Of a stretch of DNA of 32,000 bases, positions 31,927 to 32,000 are shown in pieces; position 1 is the first letter of the stretch; each line of letters starts with the position of its first letter. The notes beneath the pieces are model-generated. The model was not told where the DNA came from and searched no databases. It worked only from the letters and a program-made list of their open reading frames with translations. The DNA is taken from contig NC_014972.1 of the NCBI RefSeq assembly GCF_000186885.1, positions 180,001 through 212,000 on the forward strand, in the 5' to 3' direction. The translations under genes and the position numbers were made by a program. The DNA comes from Desulfobulbus propionicus DSM 2032. GTDB lineage: Bacteria > Desulfobacterota > Desulfobulbia > Desulfobulbales > Desulfobulbaceae.

Positions 31927-32000
31927 TTTGATTTTTCTTAATGATTCTTATAGGATGATGTATTTAGTATGACGTAGGATGAAATATGTGACGTGCGCGC

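Larger units (their letters stand above)
326..32000 (-). mobile_element. Prophage (lambda-like terminase/portal/head module, long non-contractile tail module); left end next to a tRNA fragment, right end beyond the window
   Basis: Uninterrupted minus-strand operons in canonical order (early/replication, terminase, portal, protease, capsid, connectors, tube, chaperone, tape measure, tip, fibre, lysis). Many ATGA/TGATG coupled junctions. Ends beside a tRNA-Arg 3' fragment. Confidence 0.85.

Overview
Nearly the whole window is one temperate siphovirus-type prophage in GC-rich DNA, with every core gene on the minus strand.

Reading right to left:
- 29.3 kb: a structured leader.
- 29.0-24.2 kb: a Bro-N protein, a small conserved ORF, a zinc-finger/TOPRIM primase, three zinc-ribbon/coiled-coil ORFs, a 197-aa ORF and an AlpA/excisionase-like HTH.
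- 24.0-22.7 kb: an AT-rich accessory island.
- 22.7-21.3 kb: a second, diverged copy of the leader, followed by a small ORF and a Bro-N gene.
- 21.3-21.1 kb: a repeat-dense putative cos/pac region.
- 21.1-15.2 kb: GpA-type large terminase, gpW-like protein, lambda-type portal, HK97-type protease and capsid.
- 15.1-1.8 kb: connectors, tail tube, chaperone, an 872-aa tape measure, tail-tip proteins (including a BR0599/gpL-like protein and a split J-like host-specificity protein), then a small fibre and its chaperone.
- 1.8-0.46 kb: the lysis cassette.
- Left end: a terminator and an orphan 3' fragment of tRNA-Arg(CCT) at 276-325.

Plus-strand genes are confined to AT-rich accessory patches (23.1 kb and 29.3-30.8 kb) and a BrnT/BrnA toxin-antitoxin pair (31.1-31.7 kb). 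I could not recognise an integrase, repressor, small terminase or helicase inside the window.

Most noteworthy observations:
1. Two diverged copies of a ~270-bp leader share a promoter, alternative GGCGG/CCGCC pairings and a U7 terminator. Three 8-nt elements (two hairpin loops and their complement) have changed in concert between the copies (TTTGACAG versus TTTAGCAG).
2. The J-like tail-tip gene is interrupted by a 265-bp insert flanked by 9-bp direct repeats. The insert carries a translationally coupled 81-aa ORF.
3. A 55-bp relic of the J gene brackets a receptor-binding cassette.
4. A 7 x 10-bp phased repeat array and a 12-bp perfect inverted repeat lie upstream of terL.
5. There are AT-rich accessory cassettes of unknown function.

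All functional calls rest on motif recollection and synteny only. No database search was possible.
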